A stretch of 62,632 nt of DNA, filler included, from Choristocarpus tenellus KU-1152 (taxonomy: Eukaryota > Protista > Phaeophyceae), in assembly GCA_964200185.2 (NCBI GenBank). It is 10 parts of 10 records of this genome, joined end to end, with 100 filler letters (N's around TTAATTAATTAA, not from the genome) between each part and the next. Parts side by side here need not be neighbours in the genome. Positions count along the whole stretch, not along the records: positions 34,774 to 43,602 come from CAXNAD020004286.1; positions 43,703 to 46,776 come from CAXNAD020022507.1; positions 46,877 to 50,273 come from CAXNAD020020312.1; 7 more parts are not named here. One strand, given 5' to 3'. Positions 38,263 through 50,373 of the stretch are shown here, piece by piece. Each line of letters opens with the position of its first letter. Position 1 is the first letter of the stretch. A program made the position numbers and the translations under genes. The notes beneath the pieces were generated by a model that saw nothing but the letters and a program-made list of their open reading frames with translations, was not told the DNA's origin and did no database searches.

Positions 38263-41200
38263 AGATACTAGTAGGCAACAACATAGGGGTTTTGACACCA
38301 CAACTAACCAGGAAATACAACTATTAATGGGTAGTACTTCTACAACTTGAGTATCAGATCGGTCTGAAAAAAAATGTTTCCAAAAACAAGGCTCTAACAC
38401 TAACGAGGCGGGCAGTACTGTTAAAGCAATTCAGAATGACTTCACAAGAGGAGCATCCTCACATCAAACCAGGGTTTCCTCACACCCCTAAAAATGTGCA
38501 TTATCACTACATAGTGGTGTCTTCTACTGTTGTTGCCCACGATGTAAAACTTGTGCAGGGTGACACGAGTTCTTCTGCGAAAATTCCGCAGGTTCAATTC
38601 TCAACCACAGCAGTTCTTTTCCTATCTCAAAGATGTTTCAATGGTCCATCCATGGGCCAAGTGCATAGCATATGTATGTGGCCAGGACTACACCTCAGTA
38701 CAGTACAGTTTGCAACCTCTGGAACCATTCCTCATGTGGAAAACAGAGTGGTCATAGGTAGCTTCATTACCACACCGCCAGGAGATTAGGCACTAGATTT
38801 GAAAGACAAGGGATGATTCATGAGTGATATGATGTCTGAACCCAGTGTGTATGAGAGGCAAGGTACCGGAGGAGGAAGTACAGGAGGGGTACAGCAAATA
38901 AATGTACAATTCAATGATCTGCTTGCTTGTATCCGTTGTGTCAGCTAGTCTGGACTAGAAATTGAGGCAAAAAAATACCAGCAAAAGTTGGGTAACACTA
39001 CTGCTATTCCGAATAGCATTTTCTAAAATACCAAAACATCATCTCTTGGTTGTGAGAATCCTTCATGAATGCCACTATATGTGTTGTTGAAAACTGTAGT
39101 TCTTCTGCCTCGGGGCTCCATGTGATGAAGTGTGCCTTTGTTCACTTGAGAATGACAACCATGCCGAGTGCAACCCAATTAGCTCCATGTTGAACACTTG
39201 GAAAAGAAAACCAGTACCACTACCAGATATAAACAAAGAACTAAAAAGTATCATAGGATATGCATGCACCATGCTAAAGCTGGGGAGTGTGGCTGATGTC
39301 CAAACAACACCCCACAAGCCACCAAAAAAAGGTTCTTGCAAACAAAAATAAAGAAGCTGCACAAGGTGCAGCAGTAACATCAAAGCAATAAAAAAAGTTC
39401 TAAATTCGTTTGAGATCTCGACATACGGGACTGCCGCTGCTCCTGCAGCAAGAGAACCCAGCTCAAACATTGCAAAGGCATTAAAAAACAATGGCGATGC
39501 TTGACCAAAACTGAAACAAGTCGCTAGCAGAGGTACACAAGGATGACAAGGCTAAGCGTCCACAACGACAATCACGTTCTAACAAAGATTTGTTGCAGGA
39601 TGTGCAGAAATGAGAATGCCTAAGCATCTCTTCCAATGTACACCATACTAAGTACAATCAGAGGTCCTATCATTCCTGAGGGTAGAGAACACAAGACAGA
39701 GACGGTCTCACCATCTCATACAATCCCCTGCACACCTTAACCCCTCTCAGCTATGATAAATACATGTGTACTTAGTATGAATCACGCCTTCCCAGGCATC
39801 AAAAGGTCTCCTCCATCGGTGACACTCCCTTGAGCTCATAGAGTTCCTGTTTGTGGGATGGAGCAAGAGGTGGGTCGGGTAGGACTGGCTTACTTAGAGC
39901 CTGATCCGGTAGAGCAACAGGAAAAGTCGCATATGTAGGCATGACAAGACCTTCCCTCCAACCAAACCAGTCCTTGTTCAGTCTTCTCCATCAACAACCA
40001 TCAACCAACACAAATATCACCTGAAAGGGCTAACGCCAAGGCCAACGACTACAATATGTCACATAACCTCTCACCTTCTGTACAAGAAACACATATTTAA
40101 AGGCAGGCCGAGGACGGCATTGCAGGATAATGACCAGTACCTACCTATCCCTCAATGCAAAGAGTGGATACTTGGAACCATTGTAATGCCCCTCCCTTCC
40201 CCCTCCCCCACTTACAATCTACCTACCTTAAAGTCATTGCTTGACATCAGAAACAACATCATCAGTTTTTGCTGGGTTCTACCTCTGTATTATTGAAAAG
40301 ATCACACCACTCACTGTTTGTGAAACTTAGTCACAACAGTGAACACACTTGAACCTAACCACCCGGTTTACCCACGCAATCAACCCCTTAGGGAGTCCCA
40401 ATAGTCTATACACCTACAAATCTTGCAGAAAAAAAAAGAAATGCAGACGGTGCCCCAGGACAATAAAATAAAAGTGGCCATTGTCATTTCGCGATTAAAA
40501 AAAAAATACTTCGCCCTGTCTTCTTTTGCAATTATTATCTATTACACACCGGAAAATATGTAACTCGAACCATAAAAAAGTGCCCCAATCTTTTACCAGC
40601 GACAGGAAAAAAACTAAGGACGTTAAAGAATGATACTGAATCTCAACCGCTATCATTTCTAAGGCCTCATCACGGCATCAATAGTTCTTGTCTCAGTAAC
40701 GAGCACCGATTTTGTAATGGCTTTTTCCAGTGTACCATGCGAATGTCAGAAATACCGTGCCGGAACGGTCCAAAATGGGACTTACGGTACAAATTCTATT
40801 CCATGTAGAGATATCAATATATATATATATATATATATTTACTACAGCTGTAGTACATCCTGCATTGCATGCTGTACTATTGTTTCTATATCAAGAGTGA
40901 ACACCATGGCTTGCACCCCTTTTAGCTCAGGGGGAAAAAGGGGGATTGAATTTCGTGGGTTGAATGAAACTCAATCAACGTTAGACTTCTTTCTCTTCAT
41001 GGAAATCCGGTTTCATTTTTTTTTTCTCTCAAATCGAACTGGCAGGTACCACAGACACACACAGACACACACACACCTGAAACATCAGATCTTGTATCTT
41101 GCCACTATAATATATATATACCACCAAGACATCAGACCTACAAAGAGGTGACGAGGCCTCACCGGTGCAGGTCCAGGCACAGGTTCAGAGTGCACCATGG

Positions 41201-41362
41201 AAAACCATGGAAGTATCGTAACATACCGCTACGGCAACGCAGTTAAAAAATCAATACCATTACGGGACACGATCGTTACGCTTATCTCCCCGAGTCATTT
41301 TCTCCAAAGAAGTAACCCACACAACCCAAGCCTCGTGGTAAACTAACTATAACAAGCCTCAC

Positions 41363-41502
41363 CTTTTCCCTAGCAGCCAGGATGGTCGTAAGCCGGCGTA
41401 CCTCACACGAGGACGTCTCTACCTCCAGGCGCAGGGAAACGTTCTCAGTTTTGAGCATAGTCTGTTGCCTATCCAGCTCCTCCATCATATCCACGCACTC
41501 AA
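41363..41502 (-). CDS. Isolated coiled-coil-encoding exon of an unidentified gene
   Basis: tctttcag acceptor, AAG|gtgagg donor, and an open frame ECVDMMEELDRQQTMLKTENVSLRLEVETSSCEVRRLTTILAAREK. Confidence 0.5.
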
Positions 41503-42246
41503 CTGAAAGAGCAGCACGAGATTTATCCCATCCCCCGAGCCAAATATCAGAGCACCCATTATAAGGTGCCACACACAGGTTCAGATCAGGTTAGGGGTGC
41601 TTGCCTCTGGCTTGATCTCGAAACTTTTGGAAAAATATTCTGCTCCAATAAAAAAATAAATACTATTTAACAAAAAAAAAAAGGATGCGTAGTGTAGAGT
41701 AGAGGTGGATCAGATGAAAAAACAAAAAAACGGTGAAATGATGTTTAAAAAAAGTATAAAACATATCAAACACTGTGTGACAGAAGAGAGGAGATGAAAA
41801 TAGTAGCAACAGCTATTGAGACAAACCAAGCAGTAGATGCTTGAAACTGTTGCCATGCCTCCAAAGGACCAGAAAAAGAAAAAACGTTTATATTTATAAT
41901 GTAATATAATATACTATAATATGATATTTATGTATACTTGTTTCCCCATCAGAACGGTTCTATTATTTGAGTAGATTCTTGAAAAGGGATTGCACAGGTC
42001 AACAGTCTCATGATCTAGAGCGCAACAATCACTACATCCAGCCAGTCACCCAGTTACCACCCCTAGAGATATTACATTTTATACTTTTTTCTTTTTTTTC
42101 TTGGGGGGGGGGGGGGGGGCAAGAATATTCTCAAAACTGAGAAAAAAAAAAAAAAAAAAAAAAAACCCTTCCACCCCCAAAAAACATAAACANNNNNNNN
42201 NNTACTATTTCTCCCCCCCGTTTTTTTTTTATTTTTTTTTTTTTTT

Positions 42247-42277
<31 letters not shown>

Positions 42278-42533
42278 CACGAATATTCTCAAATCTGAGA
42301 AGAACAAAAAAAATAACAAAAAGTCCTTCCACCCCCAAATAACCTGTACATGTGTGGTTTAGAGAGACGTGCTCCACTTTGCAACAGAAAAAGAGAGACC
42401 AAGAACAGAGAATAGTACCACTTTAATGTCCACTTGAACAGGCACAAAGCAATTCCAGAGGACAGCTAGGAGCTAGCTATTGCACCCTACATTGGAAAAT
42501 TAAAAAATGGACAAATTGCCAAGGACTCTCCCT

Positions 42534-42717
42534 TTGGCTCAAAGTATCTGGGGGGGGGGTCTATGCCGGGGTGTCCATTTGTGATCTGACGAGGAGAAGT
42601 GCACTTCCATAATCTATTCGATGCATGCAACAAAATCACCCAAAATCCCAACATGAAAAAACGGGTCCAAAAAGAACAGCTGCCCCCCGCCCCCGCCCCC
42701 CCCAGATCCTTAGGACC
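42534..42717. mobile_element. ~190-bp MITE, copy B (inverted relative to copy A)
   Basis: ttggctcaaagtatctggggg...gtccatt...aagtgcactt...gatgcatgcaac...cacccaaaa...cccagatcctt is colinear with the reverse complement of 38074-38262. Confidence 0.75.
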
Positions 42718-43602
42718 TTTAGCATTCTCAAGAAATACATCAAGTGCAACAAAAACAGCCCAGGTGAAGAGCTGCTTTCCTTTGTTTGTTGACTAAAGCT
42801 CATGTTCTGACTCCTACAGCATCACGCTTCATTGTCTGGAGGGTAAAAAACATAAAACAATACAGCTACCCTGTCCCAACAATGTGTGGAGGGGGGGGGG
42901 GGGGGGGCGCCCCCGGGGCCTCAAGGGACGGCACCAACAAAAACAAACAAAAAAATCCCAAAAAGGCAGGNNNNNNNNNNCTCCATTGTCAGGAGGGTAA
43001 AAAACAAAAAAAAAGACAGAACCCCCGACCAAAAAATGGGGGGAGGGGGGGGGGGGGGTTCTCACCAGGTGCATCAAGTGACGACATCAACATAACCAAA
43101 CAAATATATCTCAAGAAGGCAGGGATTCACCACAGAACGTATAGCATTGCGCAGGGACAACCAGGAGGCAGAATATAGTATAGACACCAAGGAAATTCAC
43201 TAATCCTGTTGGATGGTTGTGACACACAGGCTATTTCATTGGTCTAAATATTGTGCCCTCACGCCCTTAAAAAATCCTGACCCTATGATACCACAATATT
43301 GAGTAATATATGTATGTACATGTGCATGTGTGACACCAAACACATGCTAAATGAGCACCAGGTAGAGACCTGTGGCGTGAGCGAATGATCTTATCTTGAC
43401 ATGACATACATAGCAAACTTCCGAATCGATACATATGTATCTCAAATACACACATGATGTTTGTGTACCATACTGACATACACACGAAAAAACGTTCCCT
43501 AACCCCAATCCTTAATCCTGGGATATTAAAAAAAAAGAGTGAAACCACTTAAGAAGAGGTATACCTCTCTTCTCCTCAGGCTTCCCCCCCCACCCCCCCC
43601 CC

Positions 43603-43702
43603 NNNNNNNNNNNNNNNNNNNNNNNNNNNNNNNNNNNNNNNNNNNNTTAATTAATTAANNNNNNNNNNNNNNNNNNNNNNNNNNNNNNNNNNNNNNNNNN
43701 NN
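43603..43702. other. Artificial contig-joining linker
   Basis: N44-TTAATTAATTAA-N44. Confidence 0.97.
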
Positions 43703-44723
43703 GTGGGATGATGGGAGTGCACTTTGCCGGGGTTGGGGCCAGATGGGCCGTCTGATGGGGGCCGCCCCCCCCCCCTCCAGATACTTTGGGTCTATTGTGA
43801 GATAAGGGTTGGGAATGTAAGGAAATGTTTACAATAAATTAAATCAATTTTGGAGGGAGTAAGATGTAGATCCTTCTGAAAAATTGAAGATTGACAACCA
43901 AATATATATTTTTCAACTATTTGATTGGTATGGTACAGTTCCAATACTATGACAGGGGTATAATAGATTTTTTATATTTTAATATCATAAATTGTATTGT
44001 AAAATAATAATAATAGCTACTGTGTTAGGTTTCTCTCACAGTTATCATATATGTACTGACAAATTAAATCAATATATTTAATTTCTTTCGTTGACTAAAA
44101 AACTCACATTGTCCTTGTTTTTTATATTATTTTGACCCTGACCGAGTCAATGGGATAATAATAATAAAATATCAAGATATCTAAAAATCTACACTACTGA
44201 ATGTACTCAATAAAAATCACTTCAAAATTGGCAATAATTTTCAACAAAATGTATATTTTTCTCCTTACAGAAAAAAAATACACAAAAAAATAAAATAAAT
44301 TAATGGTATTACAATCATACCACACCTTTCCCAAGTAGCATACCTGTGTAGTAGTACCATACAAAAAGTATCAACACAAAAAAGGTGTACCTCCAAGAGT
44401 ACCTAGACACATTGGTGCACTGCAACAACAACAGACACCAGTGCATTTCGATCTCCTGAAAAGTAGTCATCCAGTGGGAAAGTATCATGAATCACTTCCA
44501 ATCTATCTATTGGCAGGAGCTTCAACCGGCTCTATATAACATTGGTGGCAAGGTAATTCTAGTTGTCATCACTTATTACCAAACAGAGTCTGAGACACTT
44601 AGATACACACATATATATATATAGTGCAGAATGTCAATGAATCTGCATCATACCAACATCACACCAATCACTCCGCTACTGCAAACCCTAACCCTACCAA
44701 GCACAAAGAAGACATCCACCCCG

Positions 44724-44771
44724 ATATTGGCATTAATATTGGCATTAATATTTGCATTAATATTGGCATTA
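44724..44771. repeat. 12-bp minisatellite (atattggcatta)x4
   Basis: Directly visible, one mismatch. Confidence 0.85.
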
Positions 44772-44922
44772 GTTTAGAATGCTAAACATGCACAGTCATT
44801 TTTTTTCTGATTTCTACTACTATACACTATATACATATTAAATAAAACATTCACAATCTCAATGCTATTATTATCATTAAATAATTCAACGGCATCAACC
44901 GACCAATCAGTCAGGACCACCT

Positions 44923-44968
<46 letters not shown>

Positions 44969-45114
44969 AAAAAAAAAAAAAAAAAGTCAAACCTTTCCAT
45001 AGTGAATCCCACATCTCACCAAATTAAAAATTAAAAAAATGCTTTTTCTCCAACTTCGTATTTCCAAACTGACTCTTCAGTAAGCCCATATCAACAAGAG
45101 AAACGCATCCATCA

Positions 45115-45311
45115 CCTTGGGAAGGCATGGTTTTTGATCACCTTGCGAAGGCCCCCGGTTGGTGCAAGGAGCTGGGAGCAATGGAACTGAACCTTCCTCC
45201 CAAGGATCGGAAGAGTAACACACTGAATGCACATACTCCCAGCTCTCCCCCCACTGCAGCTCCTCTTTTGCCATCGCCTGTCCCAGGCTCTAACAAAACC
45301 CTGCTGGAGAC
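45115..45311 (-). CDS. Probable internal exon of an unidentified gene
   Basis: GC-rich island in an AT-rich contig with a tctctcag acceptor. One frame is open: LQQGFVRAWDRRWQKRSCSGGRAGSMCIQCVTLPILGRKVQFHCSQLLAPTGGLRKVIKNHAFP, ending AG|gtgatg. The frame is uncertain. Confidence 0.35.
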
Positions 45312-46183
45312 TGAGAGATAAAAAAAAGGATGTAGTTGTTGTAATTGTTGTTGACTATTATTATTGTTGTAATTATTATAATTAATATTGTTATTGTTAC
45401 TTTTGTTGTTGATTATTGTAATTATTATTATTATTATTATTATTACTATTGTTATTATGGCCCGTTCTATTGTGGCGTTTGAAGATGGAGGCCGTGGTTC
45501 GTAAAACAAAAACAAATTGGATTTAAAAATGAGAATAGTAACAAACGGCTGCAACAACAATCAAAAATAAAAATAAATAAAAAATGCAGTTCAAACGCAC
45601 TTGTACCGATGGCGGTATGGCCATCATAAAAAAAGAAGATTCCGCTGACATCATGGTGTCGAGGCAGAATAATTACTCACTTCAGAATAAAAAATGATAC
45701 ACTGCGTAAATTTCTTCTTGCTCCGATTTCGTAGTCATGAAGAATTCGGAATTTCATTCGAATTTAGAACAAAAAAAAGAGAAGAATAAATAAGAACCGT
45801 ATTTTTTGTAAAGTTACTTTCATACTCCGGAGCATCTGCGCGGGGAACAAATAAAGATCAAGAAAGAAAAAATTCAACACAATTATTCTTCATTTTAAAA
45901 AAATGATCTCAACATGAAAGAGAACAGTAAACAGCAAGAATAACAAGGTACATCAATTCAGAATCGTTTTGCCACATTAAAAAAAATGGTACCAAGACAA
46001 AATCAACAAATGTTTGATTTAAAAAAAAAAATACTAATACCAATCTATGACAACTTATCAAAACAGTAGTGTCTTTAACAGTGAATCAATCAGCTCTTAG
46101 TCAGAGGTACAGCATGAGCAATAAAAAAAAGTTGATGGTATTGTTGAAAATCAATCGCACTGCTCGACTGACTGTCAACTTCT

Positions 46184-46231
46184 AAACCTAACCCTAACCC
46201 TAACCTAAACCTTAACCCTAACCCTAACCCT
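46184..46231 (+). repeat. Interstitial telomere-like (CCCTAA)n, degenerate
   Basis: aaacctaaccctaaccctaacctaaaccttaaccctaaccctaaccct. Confidence 0.8.
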
Positions 46232-46776
46232 GTGGAATTTTAAGAACGCAAAAGGCAACCTTTGAGACAAATGGAGGTATGCAATAATAGAACCAGACCA
46301 TATATGGCGGCTATGTCACAGGATGGTACACCACGTACCCCAAATATGACTCAAGTCAATCCGCACTTGAAGAGCATTTATCTATTATCGCTGAGAAATA
46401 GAAAACAAAAAACGTCTTTCTATTGTGGAAACATTTCTAAACATAAAAAAGATCTATGCCGATCGGCTCTACTTCAACGACACGATAAATATTAAAAAAA
46501 ATTACATCGTTTTATTTTTTATACAATAGGTCAATCTACTGCACCGGCTATATTTTTTTTCCATTTGTCCCTGTTCTCGTAGCGATCCACTACAGCCAAG
46601 GAGCAGTCCGCTGCTTGCATTGCTGCTATGGAGGCACCAGCGACTGTGGCAAACCCTGCCAAAAAATAAATGAATGTATATAATAAGAGAAAAAAAGAAA
46701 AAATGGGATGGGAAATGAGATGGGGTCAGGAGAACCTGGGGGGGGGGGGGGGGGGGGGAGAAAAAAAAAAAAACAA

Positions 46777-46876
46777 NNNNNNNNNNNNNNNNNNNNNNNN
46801 NNNNNNNNNNNNNNNNNNNNTTAATTAATTAANNNNNNNNNNNNNNNNNNNNNNNNNNNNNNNNNNNNNNNNNNNN
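46777..46876. other. Artificial contig-joining linker
   Basis: N44-TTAATTAATTAA-N44. Confidence 0.97.
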
Positions 46877-47619
46877 CAAGATTGTCGATGAGGCGATTGA
46901 GGGGACTTCGTATGACAAAGATTTGGTGGCAGCGGCCATGCAAACTTTAAATATGAAGATGAGTATATTGTCCCACCCTACCTCGACCATATTCACTAGG
47001 GCTAGGTACTTGATCCTTGATCATGATACATCTTCTCACAAAGACTTACCCCTTGAGTTCTGGAACACAGGCTTTGTCCTATTCCCCTGTTGCTAAATTT
47101 CAAAAATGGTTTAGACATTTCCCTCATGTATAGCTACAACAACCACAAAAAGCGTTAAATTTGTCAGCTTTTATAGGTGATCAAAACAGGTACTGCCTGT
47201 CAGAAATCTCTATTATTCCTCCAATAAACCCCTGCAGGGTAACATAGAACCACAGGAGGAGAGAGTGAGTAATGAGAGAATATAGAGATGCCCTACTGAT
47301 TATGTTTCCCTGGAATCTGTAAGGTTAGGAAGTCAAAGAAAACTAGGGATTTAGTGTTTTGGGCAGACTCAGATGTGGGAGAGAGCAAATAAGACCCAAC
47401 ACTGTAAATACTCAAGGTCAGCACACCAAAAGTTGACACAAGCAGGACATGTAACAACTGTTGCATCTGCTCTTTCTTTTTCCCCACAAACAATTTTGGA
47501 CGTAGGTGACATGTCTTTTACACCTCAAATGTGTTGTTCCACTTTTTCATACTGTTGGCACACATCAGCAATCCAACACTATTCTAACTCCCCTCGCATG
47601 CTCAATGTGTCTCATCTCG

Positions 47620-50273
47620 CCGCGTAAGAATTCCTGGGTATGTTGAAAATGAACCTTTAATGAGCATTACTGTTGATACTGCTACTGACATTCCAGTAAT
47701 ATCTCTCAGATACAATGAAGCCCACCCAACACTTTGCAAGGCACCCATTCGAGAAATTCCAGCAGGTGCTCTGAATTTAAAAGGAGCAGGTGGTAGACCT
47801 CTCTCTGTAACTGGTTTCATTCAATTTACACTACAAGTTGGTGACATATCAATGCCTGTCCAAGCAGTGGTCATACCTAATCTGGGAGTAGATAATTTTT
47901 TGTTGGATAACAGCATTATGTCGGCATTTGGGGCAGTCCTAGATTGGGATAGAGAGGAGATGTCGTTTAAGGACAGTGATCAATGCATTCCAGCAAAACA
48001 CAAAATTGTACCCCTTCCCATCTGTTCTCCCCAAAAGATTTTTGCCAGACAGAAAATACATCTCATGAGTCAATTTCAGTAATCACATCTGAATTCAATA
48101 CACCATTGCACACAGTAAAAAAGATACTCCTTCCCCCTGGCACGGAAACGCTTGTTCCAGTTTGCTCTCAGGCACTTCGAGGAACAGCTACCGATGCAGT
48201 AGTGGAACCTATCATTTACACTGGCACAGACCTCCAGCATGAGGATGACATACATCCCCACTGGCAACACAGAATGGTCAGTCATACCCTCACTGTTTGG
48301 GAAGAAGATGGAGGATGTCTGGTCAAAAATGCCAATTTCTCACAAAAAGGGATCAAGTTACCAGCTGAGTTTGTAGTTGGTCATGTTTCCCCTGTATAAA
48401 AAAAATATACCTTGCCAGACACCACAGTAAGTGCAGTTGCAGCCACACCATCTACCCCTGAAGACCTGAAACAGGCTAGGGAAGAATTGAAGTTGGTTTT
48501 TTCTAAGAAGGCTTTTACAAATACTCAACTGACACTGTCTGAACAAGAGGAATTACTAGATATAGTGGCTAAATTCAGACCAGTCTTTTCATTATCCGAA
48601 AAAGAATTAGGTTGCTGTACCACTACTTCTTTTCAATTTCCACTACAACCAGGCACTAAACCGGTTAGTAGACCACCGTATCGCGCGGCACCAAAAATAC
48701 GCAACACGATTCGACAATGCATATCTGATATGGAGAATCAGGGTATTATAAAACCCTCATCTAGCCAATGGGCATCCCCTGTTACCAGTGTTGCCAAACC
48801 AGATGGATCACCTCGATTCTGTGTGGATTGTAGAGGAACAATAAATAAACATCTGATACGTAATTCATGGCCGTTGCCATCCATGGATGAGTGCTTATCC
48901 ACGTTGGGGGGTTCAAAATATGTATCTTGTTTAGATATTCAATCAGCCTACTGGCAACTACCGATCACTGATGAATGCGACAAAAAACTGCCTTCATCAC
49001 GCCGGATGGGAAATATAAGTTTCAGAGGTTACCATTTGGAGTACAAAATGCACCGTGGATCTTCCAACGCTTTATGTCTGAAACCTTTTCCAGTATCGGT
49101 CCTAGCTCAGGGTTGTTGATATATTTAGACGATATTGTTTTAGCCTCTCCATCATGGACACACCATAAACAGTTGATCACTACAGTTTTGTCACTGTTAC
49201 AAGATGTAGGGGTTACGTTAAAGCCGTCCAAGGCTCAATTTGGCTCCAAAAAAATCCATTATTTGGGACATGATGTTAGCCCGCAAGGAATTGCTGTATC
49301 CCAAGCTCGTATTGAAGCTATATTAGAGATGCACCCTCCTCAAACTGTGAAAGGCTTGCTATCATTTTTAGGTTCAATGAACTTTGTTAGGAAATACATT
49401 CCCCACCTAGCAACAGCAACAGCAACAGAACCGTTGGTTGAATTGATTCGCCATACACAACAAGTAAAGTCACACAAAGAGTCCACTTCAGTAAAACGAG
49501 CAAAGAAAGACCACAAGGATATCTCATCTAGGTGGAATCGACCACAACAGACTGCTTTTGACGAATGCAAACGACTGTTATCAACGGCTCCAGTGCTACA
49601 CTTTCCTGATTTTTCTAAGGAATTTCTTTTTATTAATGTATATGCCTGTAATGTTGGAACAGGGGCGTTCTTAGCACATAAAAATGAAGAAGACCATTTT
49701 GATATAATTGCATACCATAGTGCCTTACTTTCCCCCTCCCAACGTATATATTCTGCCACACAAAAAGAGTGCCTTGCAGTTATTCTGGCAATCCAACATT
49801 GGAGACCATATATTTGGGGTAAACATTTCACAGTTATCACTGATCATTCAGCCTTACGGTGGCTGCATACGATGCAAGACACGTCCAATCTGTTAACTCG
49901 ATGGGCCTTAGCTTTGCAAAGTTTTGATTTTACCGTCCTTCATAAGCCTGGCAGATTACAGTACATCCCAGATATGTTGTCACGTCCTCAACTGGAAGAA
50001 ATTTGTAAACATGAATCTGAACCAGCACCCCTAAGCCCTATATGTCGAAATGTGGGTACAAAAACCACTGATGCAATGTCTCAAGCAAGTAAGGTATACC
50101 CTGCCTATGAATTGTCTGTGGAACGACTAGGTGAAATCACTAAAGTGGCACATGACTCTGAGCTCTTTGCAAGCTCCATCAACGTGTTCCCTGTAAATGA
50201 TACGGAAGTTCTAGCCAAGGCCCAACATGAGCAATATGAAGCTTATTTTCAAAACCTGGCAGACCCCACCAAT
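47620..50273 (+). mobile_element. Ty3/Gypsy LTR retrotransposon pol (protease, RT, RNase H), frameshifted; truncated by contig end
   Basis: Protease ITVDTATD; PYRAAP, SQWASPV, KPDGSPRFCVD, LDIQSAYWQ, KTAFITPDGKYKFQRLPFGVQNAP, YLDDI; RNase H APVLHFPDF...YSATQKECLAV...TDHSALRWL...RWALALQ. Split over four ORFs. Confidence 0.95.
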
Positions 50274-50373
50274 NNNNNNNNNNNNNNNNNNNNNNNNNNN
50301 NNNNNNNNNNNNNNNNNTTAATTAATTAANNNNNNNNNNNNNNNNNNNNNNNNNNNNNNNNNNNNNNNNNNNN
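50274..50373. other. Artificial contig-joining linker
   Basis: N44-TTAATTAATTAA-N44. Confidence 0.97.

Noticed and set aside
42070-43110. Apparent direct duplications and K/G/F-rich ORFs around the two 10-N gaps (42193-42202, 42971-42980)
   Set aside because: Each side is a homopolymer-corrupted version of the other. These are low-quality read ends after poly-G tracts, an assembly artefact.
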